Positions 1-13,734 of a stretch of DNA of 64,000 nucleotides are shown here, piece after piece; positions within the stretch are counted from its first letter, which is position 1; each line of letters starts with the position of its first letter. A program made the position numbers and the translations under genes. The DNA is from Eledone cirrhosa (lineage: Eukaryota): NCBI GenBank assembly GCA_964016885.1, contig OZ024747.1, forward strand, positions 64,480,001-64,544,000, read 5' to 3'. The notes below the pieces were generated by a model. It was not told the origin of the DNA. It saw nothing but the letters and a program-made list of their open reading frames with translations, and did not search any database.

Positions 1-412
1 TAGTTGAACGTTCGAAAGTATATACTTTCCTTATGAAAATTAACGGCTGAGCAGCCTAATTTGCATATTGAGTGAGTTAAATCGGTCAGGCATACCGAAA
101 ACGATAAATTGAAACAAAATGAAAACGAAATTTCATTTCTCACTCTTAGTATGGCACTTACTTAAATGTAAGTATGCATGTATACGTACATACATATATG
201 TATACAGACGTACAGTAGCATGCACATATATATACACATATACATATATACATACATATGCATACAGGTACACATACACATATGCACGTATCAGTTTAGC
301 GGCGCTTATTATAACGTCGCTTTGTTCGTTTGTAAACAAACTGAACAGCCTGAATTTATGCCATACGGTGTTAAGGCAACCACGTCACCTTTTTGTTCAA
401 CACTGACACAGG

Positions 413-457
413 AACGATGTACTAGTTTCAAGCTTGTTAGCTATCATCAGCACCGTT
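413..457 (-). ncRNA. Type I hammerhead ribozyme (minimal, palindromic stem III)
   Basis: Minus strand reads AACGGTG-CTGATGA-T-AGCT-aaca-AGCT-T-GAAA-CTAG-TA-CATCGTT: 7-bp stem I (one G.U), intact core, GUA cleavage triplet. Confidence 0.85.
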
Positions 458-883
458 TACCCATCTGCCAGATAGTTGAACGTTCGAAAGTATATACTTT
501 CCTTATGAAAATTAAGGCTGAGCAGCCTAATTTGCATATTGAGTGAGTTAAATCGGTCAGGCATACCGAAAACGATAAATTGAAACAAAATGAAAACGAA
601 ATTTCATTTCTCACTCTTAGTATGGCACTTACTTAAATGTAAGTATGCATGTATACGTACATACATATATGTATACAGACGTACAGTAGCATGCACATAT
701 ATATACACATATACATATATACATACATATGCATACAGGTACACATACACATATGCACGTATCAGTTTAGCGGCGCTTATTATAACGTCGCTTTGTTCGT
801 TTGTAAACAAACTGAACAGCCTGAATTTATGCCATACGGTGTTAAGGCAACCACGTCACCTTTTTGTTCAACACTGACACAGG

Positions 884-928
884 AACGATGTACTAGTTTC
901 AAGCTTGTTAGCTATCATCAGCACCGTT
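884..928 (-). ncRNA. Type I hammerhead ribozyme, second tandem copy
   Basis: Identical to 413-457, shifted by 471 bp. Confidence 0.85.
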
Positions 929-1319
929 TACCCATCTGCCAGATAGTTGAACGTTCGAAAGTATATACTTTCCTTATGAAAATTAAGGCTGAGCAGCCTA
1001 ATTTGCATATTGAGTGAGTTAAATCGGTCAGGCATACCGAAAACGATAAATTGAAACAAAATGAAAACGAAATTTCATTTCTCACTCTTAGTATGGCACT
1101 TACTTAAATGTAAGTATGCATGTATACGTACATACATATATGTATACAGACGTACAGTAGCATGCACATATATATATATATATATATATACATATATACA
1201 TACATATGCATACAGGTACACATACATATATGCACGTATCAGTTTAGCGGCGCTTATTATAACGTCGCTTTGTTCGTTTGTAAACAAACTGAACAGCCTG
1301 AATTTATGCCATACGGTAC

Positions 1320-1353
1320 CAACTAATTAATATACGTTTGTCTAGTGTTCATA

Positions 1354-1405
<52 letters not shown>

Positions 1406-1439
1406 TATGAACACTAGACAAACGTATATTAATTAGTTG
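1320..1439. repeat. Perfect palindrome: 38-bp unique arms around a (TA)n core
   Basis: caactaattaatatacgtttgtctagtgttcataattt-(TA)n-aaattatgaacactagacaaacgtatattaattagttg. Confidence 0.95.
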
Positions 1440-1842
1440 ATTCTTGTGTGTACAATGTGTATAGATAAGAATGAGCAATCGCTAACGTTAATGTATGGTA
1501 CATTAAAATAATAGAAAATTTGGTCATAATTAATTATGACTGAATGTGACTAAAACACTTTCTAAAGGAATTTTAGTATATTGCTGATGATCTTGTTAAC
1601 TTGAATTTTTGTATCTTCTTGTGTACAGAAGCTATGATATGCTTTCATCTGACATAACTTAGCCTGAGAAAATACGATAAAGTATTTTCTTGTGTCCTAA
1701 CCTGTTATCTGGTAGTGAATTGAGATAATCATTAACAGATCGGACAGGATGCTTAGTAGTATTCGTTTCAGCTCTCTTCGCGCTAATTTCAAATCGTGTC
1801 GAGATCAACTTTGTTTTTCATCCTTTAGAGGTCAATAAATAT

Positions 1843-2057
1843 GTTTTCTAGTATAGGCACAAGGCCAGCAGTTTTGGGGGAGGGGAATGTCCATTAAATC
1901 GATCCCAGTACGTTACTGGTACTTTATTTTATCGACCCCGTATAGATGAAAGGCCAATTTAACCGCGGTGGGATTTGAACTCAGATTATAAAGAGCCATA
2001 ACTATGCTACAAAGCATGGCGTCCGACCCTCTACTGATACTGCCAATCCTCCGCATT
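1843..2057 (-). mobile_element. tRNA-derived SINE (family 1) with a 19-bp TSD, inserted into an older degraded plus-strand SINE (~1710-1842)
   Basis: Minus strand has A box TGGCAGTATC, B box GAGTTCAAATCC and core GCCTTTCATC..CGGGGTCGATAAAATAAAGTACCAG; TSD tttagaggtcaataaatat at 1824-1842 and 2058-2076. Confidence 0.9.
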
Positions 2058-4409
2058 TTTAGAGGTCAATAAATATAAAAATAGTTCATTATAGGCAGAT
2101 ATCTCTCTCTTTTTTGTTATATCTCTCTTTCTATTTCTCTATCTGTCTTTCCCTTCTCGTTCACTGTAAGTAATCGGCTGCTTTTGATATGGGGAGTCGT
2201 AGGGGGTCTACAGGCTTTAAATATCCAAAAGCTGCCACCCTGTAATATAAGGATGCACCTATGAAGTTAGTAGTTAAGAGCCCAGTAAATGAAATAGGTT
2301 ATCTAAACCATTTCCACATATTTTCCAACACTAGCATGTATCGTTTACCAACAATGAGATGAGAATCACATGATTTTCTAAATAGTATTTAGCTATGCAT
2401 TAATTAGTTAAATATGACTCTGTATTTCAATTTTACACAATACTCTATTAGCACATAAAATCTATTTCGTCAAAAGATCACCGTCGTTCATTTTCAAGCA
2501 TAGGAAATGATGTATAGAGTTCATTGATTTGCTTCAATTACTAAATGTACAAACTTGGAAGACCATAAATTACTTTACAAAAGCAAAAGCAATTCTAAAG
2601 GAATAATATATTTTTTAAATAATAGCATCAATATTCTTAACACTCTCCGCATTAAATTTCTTCATTAATTGTGTGTCATTTGTTTATTCTATGTTGAGAA
2701 ATAGTGAAAGCCTGTCTAAGATTATAATAGAATAAGCAGGAAATAGACACAGCATGAGTCAAACAACGTCTAATGTATGGCATTTAAAAGCTTTATATGT
2801 GAGCTTGAATAGCGTGTAGAAATTATGACAATAATATTAAGAGTATAAAAAGAATAACGAGTTAAATTCGACAGAATCCTTATTAAGCAAAATGTTTGAA
2901 ACGAGTTGTTGAAATGACTTCATAGTATGCAGCTCATCAAACAATAAAGGTAATTATGTGGTTTTAACACAAGTTATGCGTAAAGAATATTGTTTCAAAT
3001 AACTTTTTACACAGAACACGGCTACTGAAGTATTTACAAATTTTCTTCCTGCAACAAATTTTCAGGGGAAGAAAAATAAATTTGATTTACAATCAAACAT
3101 AATGAACGTTCATAGGAAACCTTTAGGATTGGGAATAGTCAGGATAATAGAATACAATAATATAGAATGATACAACACAACCTCTGCAACGAAGTAGTTT
3201 AACAATCGTAATAGCAAAGATACATTAGTGTTTGGACATAAAACGAGTTTCCACATCATTGGTTTAAAATATTCAGGATGTGATGTTTGCCTCCCTACCA
3301 ATCATTAATAAATATATTTGTTGACTGTGTGATGTAATGCATCTAATTTTGTGAGGAAATAACCTTTGAATAAAGGCCAGGATACAATACTTCTTAGTAA
3401 TGGTAACGGAGAAATTTATCAAAAATGTATTAAATAGTGTTTCTAGTATTATGTTGCATGAACGCACAATGTTGTGCAGAGTAGTTATAGTAAGGAGAGG
3501 GCATGCAAGTCATGCGAGCACGTGAGACACACACGTAGAATAATAGTTCATTGTCACTTGATAGGGGAGGGAGGATGAACACTTTCACAATCAGAGACGT
3601 ACGCCAGTCTCATTCAGTCATCCTAAAGATAGTTTGAGAGAACTACAAACAAGATAATTGAAATACGTTAGATGTGTACAATACTCTCTATAAAAACCCC
3701 TTATAGCATTATTCGTTGCAAGACTGGTCAGGCAGTAGGCCCCCATTTGCTCATAATGGTGAGAGATGGAGATTTCGGGAGTGACGGAGGCATTGACAGT
3801 GGGAGTTTGGTCCTGTGTGTTCTGGCTTAGTGTTTATGTATACACAAGTTACATACACACATGTGACAACTGAACTACTGCCAATACTAGTTTTATAGTA
3901 TATGTGCACATGATCACACTATTCTTTACATACATGTATGTATCATAGATTTATATACATCGAAACTGGTGAAGTATTTTGAGGATTTCCATCATAAATG
4001 ATATATGTCTTTTAGAATTAGTTCTATATACAACCTTGATCACTCCAAATTAATTAACTCAGAAACATAATACACCAACCTATATATAAATAGAATAGAA
4101 AGACATTAAACATTGCCGGTTTATGTCGTTTGAAATAGGTGAAGATTATTTATTGGTGCGATCAGAATAATTTTAATGTAGAAGAAATGAAATATTGGCT
4201 TCCATCCATATAGTGGATATAGGAGTTAACCTTTTTCAGCTGTAGGATTAAATACCTTATCAAGAATCCGAAATTCAATTACGTAAGTTTCAAAACAAAA
4301 ATATTCGGATATGAATATCATGTGTACAAATACATCTTTCAATCGTCAAACTATATAAGATTTCCGTCTTGGAACCCTCACATAGCTTATAATCGTATCT
4401 CTGTCAAAA

Positions 4410-4610
4410 TCTAAAGTCTCTCTCGAGCTCAGGAGCTCATCATGCCGTGCTTATCCCAGTTTCCGTGGCAGGAAGCGACTGAGAGTACAAGACCCCCCCC
4501 CCCCCCCCATGGACAAGACGCCAGTCCGTCATTGGGTTAAAACACCAGACAGTGCTGGTACTTATTTTCAGCTGAGTGTTCTAAAGCAACGTAGAATGAT
4601 ATATTTCACG
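4410..4610 (-). mobile_element. Degraded SINE fragment (second family)
   Basis: cagctgagtg..agcaacgtagaatga resembles the SINE body at 23415-23445. Confidence 0.45.
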
Positions 4611-4626
4611 TTGCTTCAGTATAATC

Positions 4627-4815
4627 CAGACATGCCAACCTCTAAAAACACAAAGTACCATGAAACAAAGTGCTCCAAAACGGGGAGAAATGAGGCAAAA
4701 TGGGGAGATTTTACATAAATGAAAGTGATACCCCTTTTCACAAGAGAAGACATCTCTCACTTACCCCAAAGGGAATGGTCATCTCCCCATCGCACCGAGA
4801 GTGTTGACAGATCTG
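4627..4815. mobile_element. MITE with imperfect CAG-starting TIRs (hAT-like), copy 1
   Basis: Ends are CAGACATGCCAAC and GTTGACAGATCTG; homologous copy at 41682-41880; no TSD seen. Confidence 0.6.
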
Positions 4816-5318
4816 ATCCTCGGCTGCAAATACCTAACAGATATATCTTTCAATCTTGAAACTGTAGATAGGATTTCTGTCTGAGAACACCTACATGTAT
4901 AAACGTATCTCTGTAGAGGATTGGAAAAAAATAATCCTAAATAAACAAAATACACCACCTATAAAAGGATGGGATGGACAAAGCTGGAATACATTTTATT
5001 AATGCTCTGTTCAATTATGGCTAGACTTGGAGCTAAACAATTGCAACTGTTATTTGGTACAAACAGCCACACACTACTCACAGACGCATACACGCACACA
5101 AAGAGACACAGAAATCGTTCTACACCGGTTCAGACAATAAGGCAAATAATTACATAGTTCTGGAGGCGGAAGATTATAATCAATATCCACAATTGATTAA
5201 AACAAACAATCTGGTGTTTTGTGAGAAACAAAACCAAAACAAAAAAAATACATGTACAGACAAACTCAATATAATGATAACAATAATAGAAATAGCAATA
5301 AAAATAAAAGTAAAAATT

Positions 5319-5319
<1 letters not shown>

Positions 5320-5376
<57 letters not shown>

Positions 5377-5586
5377 GTTTCTTATATAGGCACAAGGCCA
5401 GTAACTTTGAGGGAGGGGAAAGTCGATTAAATTGAACCCAGTTCGTGACTGGTACTTTATTTTATCGATGGCATAAGGATGAAAGAGAAAGTTAACCTCG
5501 GCGGGATTTGAGCTCAGATAATACAGGGAGGTAACTCTATGCTCAAAGCATGGCGTCCGACACTCTACCGATACTGTCAATCCACA
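5320..5586 (-). mobile_element. tRNA-derived SINE (family 1) with (ATT)n tail
   Basis: Same head and core as 1843-2057; (AAT)n at 5320-5374 lies at its 3' end. Confidence 0.9.
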
Positions 5587-5599
5587 ATAATAACAATAC

Positions 5600-7410
5600 C
5601 ACATAAACAACTTGTTAGCGGACGAACAGAAAGGATGCCGAAAGAAGTCCCGTGGTACAAAGGACCAGTTACTTATTGATAAGATGGTAATGAGGAATTG
5701 CAAGAGGAGACACACTTGTCTTGCCATGGGATGGATAGATTACAAAAAGGCCTTCGACATGGTACTTCATTCTTGGAAAATCATAAGCCTAGAGATCTTC
5801 AGGGTGGCAGATAACATCAGACAGTTGTTGAGCAAAAGTATGAAGTTCTGGGAAACAGAGTTAACATCGGGTGGAGAATCCTTGGGACGCGTGAAGATCA
5901 AGAGAGGTATCTTCCAGGGAGATAGTTTGTCTCCTCTGTTGTTTGTCCTTGCCCTGATACCCTTGACCGTCATAGTGCGAAAAGTGAGAGCAGGACACAA
6001 GCTGGGAAAAGAAGAGCTTAGCATCAACCACCTCCTCTTCATGGACGATCTTAAACTCTTTTGGAAAAGTGAGAGAGGGGTTGGATGTACTTGTTGACAC
6101 TGTCCGTATTTTCAGCAATGATATATGTATGCAATTTAGTGTTAATAAGTGTGGAGTCCTAGTGGTGAAGAGGGGTAAATTGAGCAGAAACCACGGAATC
6201 CAGGTACCAACAGGTAAAATGATAAAGGAAATTGACACTGAAGAAAGTGTTCTGGAGGCAGATGACATCAAGAACAAAAAAATGAAGGAATTGATAAGAT
6301 CTGAGTACATAAGGAGAGTAAGGAGCGTATTAAAATCAAATCTAAATAGTAGGAATGTCATAAGTGCAGTCTATTATTAGGTACAGTGCAGGAATTCTGA
6401 AATGGAATGTTGCTGAACAAAAAGAAATGGATAGGAAGACTAGGAAGCTATTGACTATCATGTTCCACAAGAGGAGTGATGTCGATAGGCTCTACTTAAA
6501 GAGATCTGAAGGTGGAAGAGGTCTTATCAGCATAGAGGACTGTGTTCAGATGGAGAAAAACAACCTGCACAAATACGTGACTGACAGTAGGGAGCCAATG
6601 CTCAAAATTGTTTAGGAAAACTGAATTTAGAGATCCACAGACATGGAACTGGTTCAAAAGAGGAGACCTTAAAAAAGGTACAGAAGGAATGCTAATGGCT
6701 CCGCAAGAGCAAACCCTCAGAACGGAGTGGGTAAAACACCATATTTACAAGGAGGTGGCTAGCTCACTGTGTAGGATCTGTGGAGAGAGAGAGGAGACTG
6801 TGGCTCCCATTGTATCCTAGCCCAGACTCACTATAAAGGCTGGAGACATGTTGTGATAGGTAGGGTAATCCACTGGCATCTATGCAAAGTAAACAATTTA
6901 CACACTCTGAGAAGTAGTATGAGCATAAGCCAGAGTCGGTGATAGAAAACGATCAGGTGAAGATGCTATGGGATTTTAGGATACAGACGGACAATAAATT
7001 AGAACACAATAGGCCGGATCTGGTGGTTTTGGACAAGGAAAAATATCGTGCCTGATTGTAGATGTAGCCAGCCCATTTGACACGAGGGTGCAAGAAAAGG
7101 AGAGGGAGAAAATTAACCGATACCAGTGGATTTAAAAAGGATTTGGAACTGCCATGAAATCAAGATCGCCCCGATTGACATAGTCCTACTAGGTACTATC
7201 TCAAAGAGTTTCCAAGGATGGTTAAAGAAGATTAGTCTAGCCCCGCTTTTTGGAACACTTAAAAAAAGCATGCTTGCTGGGAACATCAATAACTCTTCAA
7301 TACGTCCTGAATGTCTGAGGCTGCAGGTAGCGGTTTGATATTCATGTCCAGTTAAATAACTTCAATGACTGAGACTCAAAGAACAATAATAATAATAATA
7401 ATAATAATAA
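5600..7410 (+). mobile_element. 5'-truncated, disrupted non-LTR retrotransposon with RT, CCHC knuckle and restriction-like endonuclease (R4/Dong clade-like)
   Basis: RT motifs [53 protein letters not shown]; knuckle CRICGEREETVAPIVS; RLE-type WDFRIQTD..HNRPDLVV around 6970-7030; frameshifts and stops; ends in (AAT)n, the target typical of Dong/R4. Confidence 0.92.
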
Positions 7411-10169
7411 AAATAAAAATGAGGAGGAATAGGAGGGAAGAGGGGGAGGAGAATGATGTTGGTTATCATGGTGAGAAGAAAGGGGAGAAGGATATTTCCT
7501 TTACAGTGAATTTAGTCACAAATTTATAAATGTTTTTTTTTTAGCCTGTATCGCCTCTTTGTTTCTCTCACAAGAATGCTGGTAGTTATATCTTGGCATT
7601 GTAAACTTCAAAATTATTCCACGGTCGATTTATTGTCAATTTAGTTTTTTGATTTTCATAGTAAATAAATTTTTTTACAAAAATAGATATTGTTTACACA
7701 ATGATACCACAGCTGACAAACAACTCAACTTTATCACGGATATATATTCTATCTAACCACAAAGTGTTTATTATAAGACACTAATGGTCATCCTAATGTT
7801 TTTTCTTCTGATCATAGTGGTTCTCCCTGGATTTGAGCCGGTACAGAAGAGAAATAAATGTTAGTAAAAAATATATATCTACCAAAACAATACTCGTCTA
7901 ACAGGTGGCAAAATGGTAATGTCACTAGAGAGTATATATTTTTTTCTTTACTCTCAGGTCTCAAATTTCGAATCCAACTGATGCCAAATTTGTTTCATTG
8001 TTTCGGGATCAATAAATAAATTAACATGACGATGGATTAACAGAAATGCTACTTCTTGCGGATATCTCTTTTACTTAGACAATATCGGTGAATGAGATAG
8101 AAGGTACTTCAATACATAAGAGATTGCTGATCTTCCAGCAAATCATACACAAACTCAACGATCAACCATAATTGAAGGAAGGGTTTTTTTTACTCATCTA
8201 GTTTTACAGGAATGACGCAAAAGTTTTCTTTCTCTCGACTTTACCTATTAGTTGAAGGTTGTGAGTAATTAGAGCATCTGACCATTAACGAGAGTCAGCA
8301 AAACGTAACTGATTTGTGACGTGGCCAATATTGCAAACATAGAAAAGATCTGTTTAATCAACTGGAAAATAAATACCAGAAAGTAGGATAATCTAATTTT
8401 ACAAGATAGATTGTATTGTTTCTTCGACGAGAGAAAAAAAGGAGGTAGAGAGAGAGGGAGAGTAGGGCGTAGAATTATTTCCTTACGAGACTGTTTACCT
8501 GTGGTAGAGTGCACTTTAATTCGGAGTGAGCCTTGTCTTGGCTTAACTCCAGAGGGTATTAACATGTAACAAACTCAGTGAACTGCAGAGATAAACGAAA
8601 TTAAAGGGCAATATTACACAGACTATTAAATATAATGGTTGTGTTCAACGTAGACACAAAATTACATATATTAGGGGACTGAATAGTTTAATATAGTGAT
8701 TGGTACGTAATTCTATTGATCATGCGAAGATGAATCGCGATGATGAATCGCGAAGATGAGATGAATGTGACATCAGAACTGATAAAGAGGAATAATAAGA
8801 AATAATTTTACTATTACCACCAGGCCACATATGTTGGGAGAGAAAGCTGAAAATGAAATAACCCACAGTTTTGAATTGATATTGTATTGATTCTAGTGAA
8901 ATATAGCCTGTGACTGGTGACTGATTAAATTATTAATAGATCCTATAACGTTAGTATTTCTCCGTGTTCTACACAACGACATGTCCGGATACATTTGATG
9001 AGTATAGGCCCATTATTTTAGATATATTTCTCAGGGGTAAAATAATTATTTTTAATTCATTCCAAAGATTGTCCGCATATCTATGAATAGTGTATATTCG
9101 ATGCAATTGACAATATTAATCGACAGCAACTTATCGAATCAGCTGGGAGGAAAGTCAAAGACCCCGCTACAAATTAAAACCAGAATATGAAAGCATGTTC
9201 GATGTTATAAAATGTTTGTTAACCCGTTCTATAATTAACACGTTTTGTAATGGGGTATTGCTATCTATAGGACATCTAGTTAGCTTCTAAAACCTTCAAT
9301 TTCTTCTTGAAAAACAAATTAACTCTCTGCATACCGTTACTGCGTATGTTGTCATTACTGACAACTAATTGTAGAGGTTTAATCAGTTACGTTTCATAGA
9401 TTATCCTTCAAATCATTGAAACGAATACAACATGACTGCAAGAGTAAATCATTCTTTCATATTATACCCAAGATAGCTTGATCCTTAAACTGTTCCTTTT
9501 GATTCTGAGCTCAGATTCCCAATTAATCACAAATTTGAAGTACGTCAATAATACAGAATCACTTGCAGTGGGCTCAGGTTCAGTAGAACTTCAAACACAG
9601 TTTCACTTATATATGGAAAATATATAAGTGAAACTTATACATTAACACCCGGCATCTGCATGGAAGATATAGATATTGACGGGATTTCCATTTCTCTATA
9701 AAGCTGCTGCATTTAGTTTATTTCAAAAAGATGCATGGATGTGATAAAGCTTGAATCATGTATATTAATAGATTTCTTATATACGTACAACAATTAAGAT
9801 AAAATTCCTAAGAACATCTAAGAGATTATGAACTAGGCGTATGATTGTCAGCAAATCGCATTAAAACATTAAGCATAAAAGAATCCAACTTTGGTATTGT
9901 TCAGATGAAGCGCCTGAAGAATCTAAAATCCGTTCATATAATTACGAATTAGCGATTGATCTAACTTCATATGGAATGTTTCATAGCAGGATGATGATTT
10001 ATAAGTATTATCTTCTTTGGTTTATGCAGCATAAAAGAGAGCACGATAATTGTTATACTCATATTTTTACTATCTGTTATAGCTTTAGTTGACTTGAAAG
10101 CAAACTAGACTTCCATTTATTCGCGCAGGCGTATATGTGTGAAGGAAGGATATAGGTAAAAGAGAGATA

Positions 10170-10640
10170 ATGAAGATATAGATAGAGAAATAACAAAATG
10201 AAACAAGAGAAAGATAAGGGGAGAAAGGTAGGGGATAGATAGATATCTAGGTGGAGATAGATAGATAGAAAGACAAAAAGGCAGAAAAATAGGTAGATGG
10301 ATAGATAGATAAATAGATTGTTAGACAGAAAGATAAATAGATAGATAGAGAGAGAGATGGATAGATAGATAATGAGATGGACAGATAGATAGATTGATAG
10401 AGAGATGGATAGATATATAGAGAGATGGATAGAGAGAGATATGGATAGAGAGGGATATGGATAGATACAGAGATAGATAGATACAGGAGGTAGATATAGA
10501 AACGAAGAGATATATAGAGAGCTGGATAGAGAGAGATATGGATAGAAAGGGATATGGATAGATACAGAGATAGATAGATACAGGAGATAGACATAGAAAC
10601 GAAGAGATATATAGAGAGCTGGATGGATAGATAGACACAG
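10170..10640. repeat. Purine-rich compound (GATA/GA)n microsatellite with an internal ~100-bp duplication
   Basis: gatacagagatagatagatacaggag..atagaaacgaagagatatatagagagctgga occurs twice (~10463 and ~10561). Confidence 0.85.
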
Positions 10641-10959
10641 GGACAGAAAGAGCTAACGCAGGCTGTTGCTAACAAAGGTATAAGCAATTCTTAGTTAAAT
10701 TTGAGAAGTGTTATGGATGATATACTTTTTATAGTAAGACTAGGAATCTCATCTAAACACTATGATCACTAAATCACAAGTTTACTGCTCCGTCATTTTC
10801 TCCGTTGCTAAGAAATGTATATCTCCAAGTAATACAGTAAATGTGAGTAAATAGGAAGAAATTATAAGTAGACATATTGATTCCAAACGAAACATTTGAA
10901 AGGAGGGGGGGGGGCATTGTTTCATACTAAAGTACAAGTCTTTTATGTAGTAGTCCATT

Positions 10960-11310
<351 letters not shown>

Positions 11311-11524
11311 TGTGTGTGTGAGATTAAGTAGAATCGAAGTCGGTGTTGCAACATATATATAAAACTTATTGACATATTAAGTTTGTTCCGATATCGATCT
11401 GCTCAGATTATAATCAAATTGATAGCCGAATCATTTTCCTCATTTCGTCAGCTATGCGTGTTTATATCTGCAAGTACACGTCTAAACCTTGAATCATGTA
11501 TATCAATATATATATATATATATT

Positions 11525-12425
11525 AACATAAATTATCGAGATTCGCATTTCGGCCCACGAAATAACGAAAAACAACCTCCGAGATGTGCGGCAAGTGCTC
11601 AATGATTCAGATGAACCAGAGCTATAACAAACGTTAAAGGCCAAACACACTGAGACGATGGTTAAACAATCATTCGCATAGACAAAAAAAAACGATCAAG
11701 TAATTCGGGTATTGAAAATTTACCCGGACCCCTGGAAGGTTGGTAAAATCCAGTACATGGGTTTCTGCAGCTCCTAAATCACGTACCGTCCGATTACATA
11801 AATAATATTAGGCTTCTGGTAAGATGCTTGAACAAGGAAGCCACTTTCTCAACAGGTTTTAGTTCAATGTTAATACAAGGACTGACAATTGCTGACCCCA
11901 CGTGGGGATCGGCAAGGGAGGCAATCCCTATATCAGGCGAATTAATTCAGTTGTGTATATTTTTGCAAGAATGAAAAAACATCACAAATCGAATAGAGTT
12001 CTCAACAGAAGGGTTATAATTAACATAAGCTATTTATCAGTCAATAGAATCAACTAAAAAATCAAGAAAATTAATTGGTCAATAGCTAAAATCTGGAGAA
12101 TAATACAAACATAAATTATCGAGATTCGCATTTCGGACAACGAAATAACGAAAACAACCTCCGAGATGTGCGGCAAGTGCTCAATGATTCAGATGAACCA
12201 GAGCTATAACAAACTTTAAAGGCCAAACACACTGAGACGATGGTTAAACAATCATTCGCATAACCAAAAAAACGATCAAGTATTTCGGGTATTGAAAATT
12301 TACCCGGACCCCTGGTAGGTTGGTAAAATCCCGTATATGGGTTTCTGCGGCTCCTAAATCAAGTACCGTCCGCTTACATAAATAATATCAGGCTTCTGGT
12401 AAGATGATTGAACAAGGAAGCCACT
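11525..12425. repeat. Partial tandem duplication (~320-bp direct repeats, period ~583 bp) between TA tracts
   Basis: aacataaattatcgagattcgc..gaacaaggaagccact at ~11525-11846 and ~12108-12425. Confidence 0.85.
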
Positions 12426-12450
12426 ATGTAGAGGTTATATTTAGTTTGTT

Positions 12451-12524
<74 letters not shown>

Positions 12525-12582
12525 GAACACTGGAAGGTAATATCCGTAGTGGTAGAGCACTCAGTCCATGGGACGAGTTAAG

Positions 12583-12704
12583 TAGAAGTTGTAACACAAC
12601 AGTTAGTTCACCATACCGATAACAATTGTATCACCTTAGCGGATCTGCTAAGGTGAAACGATTGTGCCCGGTATGGTGAACTAACTGTTGTGTTACCACA
12701 TCTA
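12583..12704. mobile_element. Foldback palindrome (~60-bp arms, no spacer) of the 61630-61785 family
   Basis: gtaacacaacagttagttcaccataccg..tcaccttagcgga|tctgctaaggtga..cggtatggtgaactaactgttgtgttac; centre at GATC 12642-12645. Confidence 0.9.
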
Positions 12705-13423
12705 TATATATAAATACATATATACATGTATAAATATATATATAAATAGATATATATACATACACACATACATATATATAAATACATATATACATATATA
12801 TAAATACATATATATGTATGTGTGTGAGCCTATAGACATGTGTCAGTATGGGAGTGTGCATCTATACAGTCTTGTGAAGCTAGACAACATATGTAAACAC
12901 ATACATAGTATAAAATATAGATGTTTGTAGTTTCAATGATTATCGTTATTTAATTATACCCTTGTGCATTGTGTTTGTGTATTTAACTTAAATTTGATTC
13001 CATTAGTTATGGGTAGCTATATATTATTGATTTCTAATCATAGTAGAATTAATAATAACGATTTAATCATTTAAATTACTAATATACGCTTGATTTATTT
13101 TGGCACAATTGTGAAGCAGACGATACTTCAAAATGGCAGACTTTCAAAGACTATTGCTGTCACATTTACAGAACATACGTTGCCATAAATTATTTCAATG
13201 TACAGTTTATATGATTAATAATGTAACTTTATAAATATAGTATGGGAATTTGTAGTTTAATCAATGGAAATTCCAGCCTATATGTACATAAACAATATAT
13301 AAACAGACAAACACACACCTACTCACACTGGTTAGATGTGTCTGACACAACGTATACGTCATGTTCATAGATGTATGATTATTCGAAAGTTCGTGAGACC
13401 TGAAACACACACATACACACACG

Positions 13424-13481
<58 letters not shown>

Positions 13482-13661
13482 TATATATATATATATATAT
13501 ATATATACATGACTGTGTTTGTGTCTGTTTGTTTTCCTGTGTCTGTCTATTGTTATATTTGGAGATGGTGGCGTTGCCAGTATTGCCAATAAAAACACCT
13601 GCACAATGATTTAAAATTGTTCACTTTATCTTTTTATTACAAGTTATTCGTTAGTATGTCA

Positions 13662-13734
<73 letters not shown>

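Larger units (their letters stand above)
1..1318 (-). repeat. Tandem array of a 471-bp unit (~2.8 copies visible, likely continuing past the left edge) carrying a hammerhead ribozyme; retrozyme/Penelope pLTR-like
   Basis: tagttgaacgttcgaaag recurs at 1, 473 and 944; near-identical ORFs start at 119/590/1061; copies are almost identical; hammerhead on the minus strand in the two complete units. Confidence 0.9.

Noticed and set aside
119-1330. Repeated 95-aa and 122-aa ORFs
   Set aside because: They recur only because of the 471-bp tandem unit, cross a TACA-rich tract and show no protein motif
11535-12046. Possible minus-strand hammerhead pairing CTGATAA (~12040) with GAAA-TGCGAA-TC (~11545)
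   Set aside because: It needs a ~490-nt stem II with no basal pairing and has a C3/A8 mismatch
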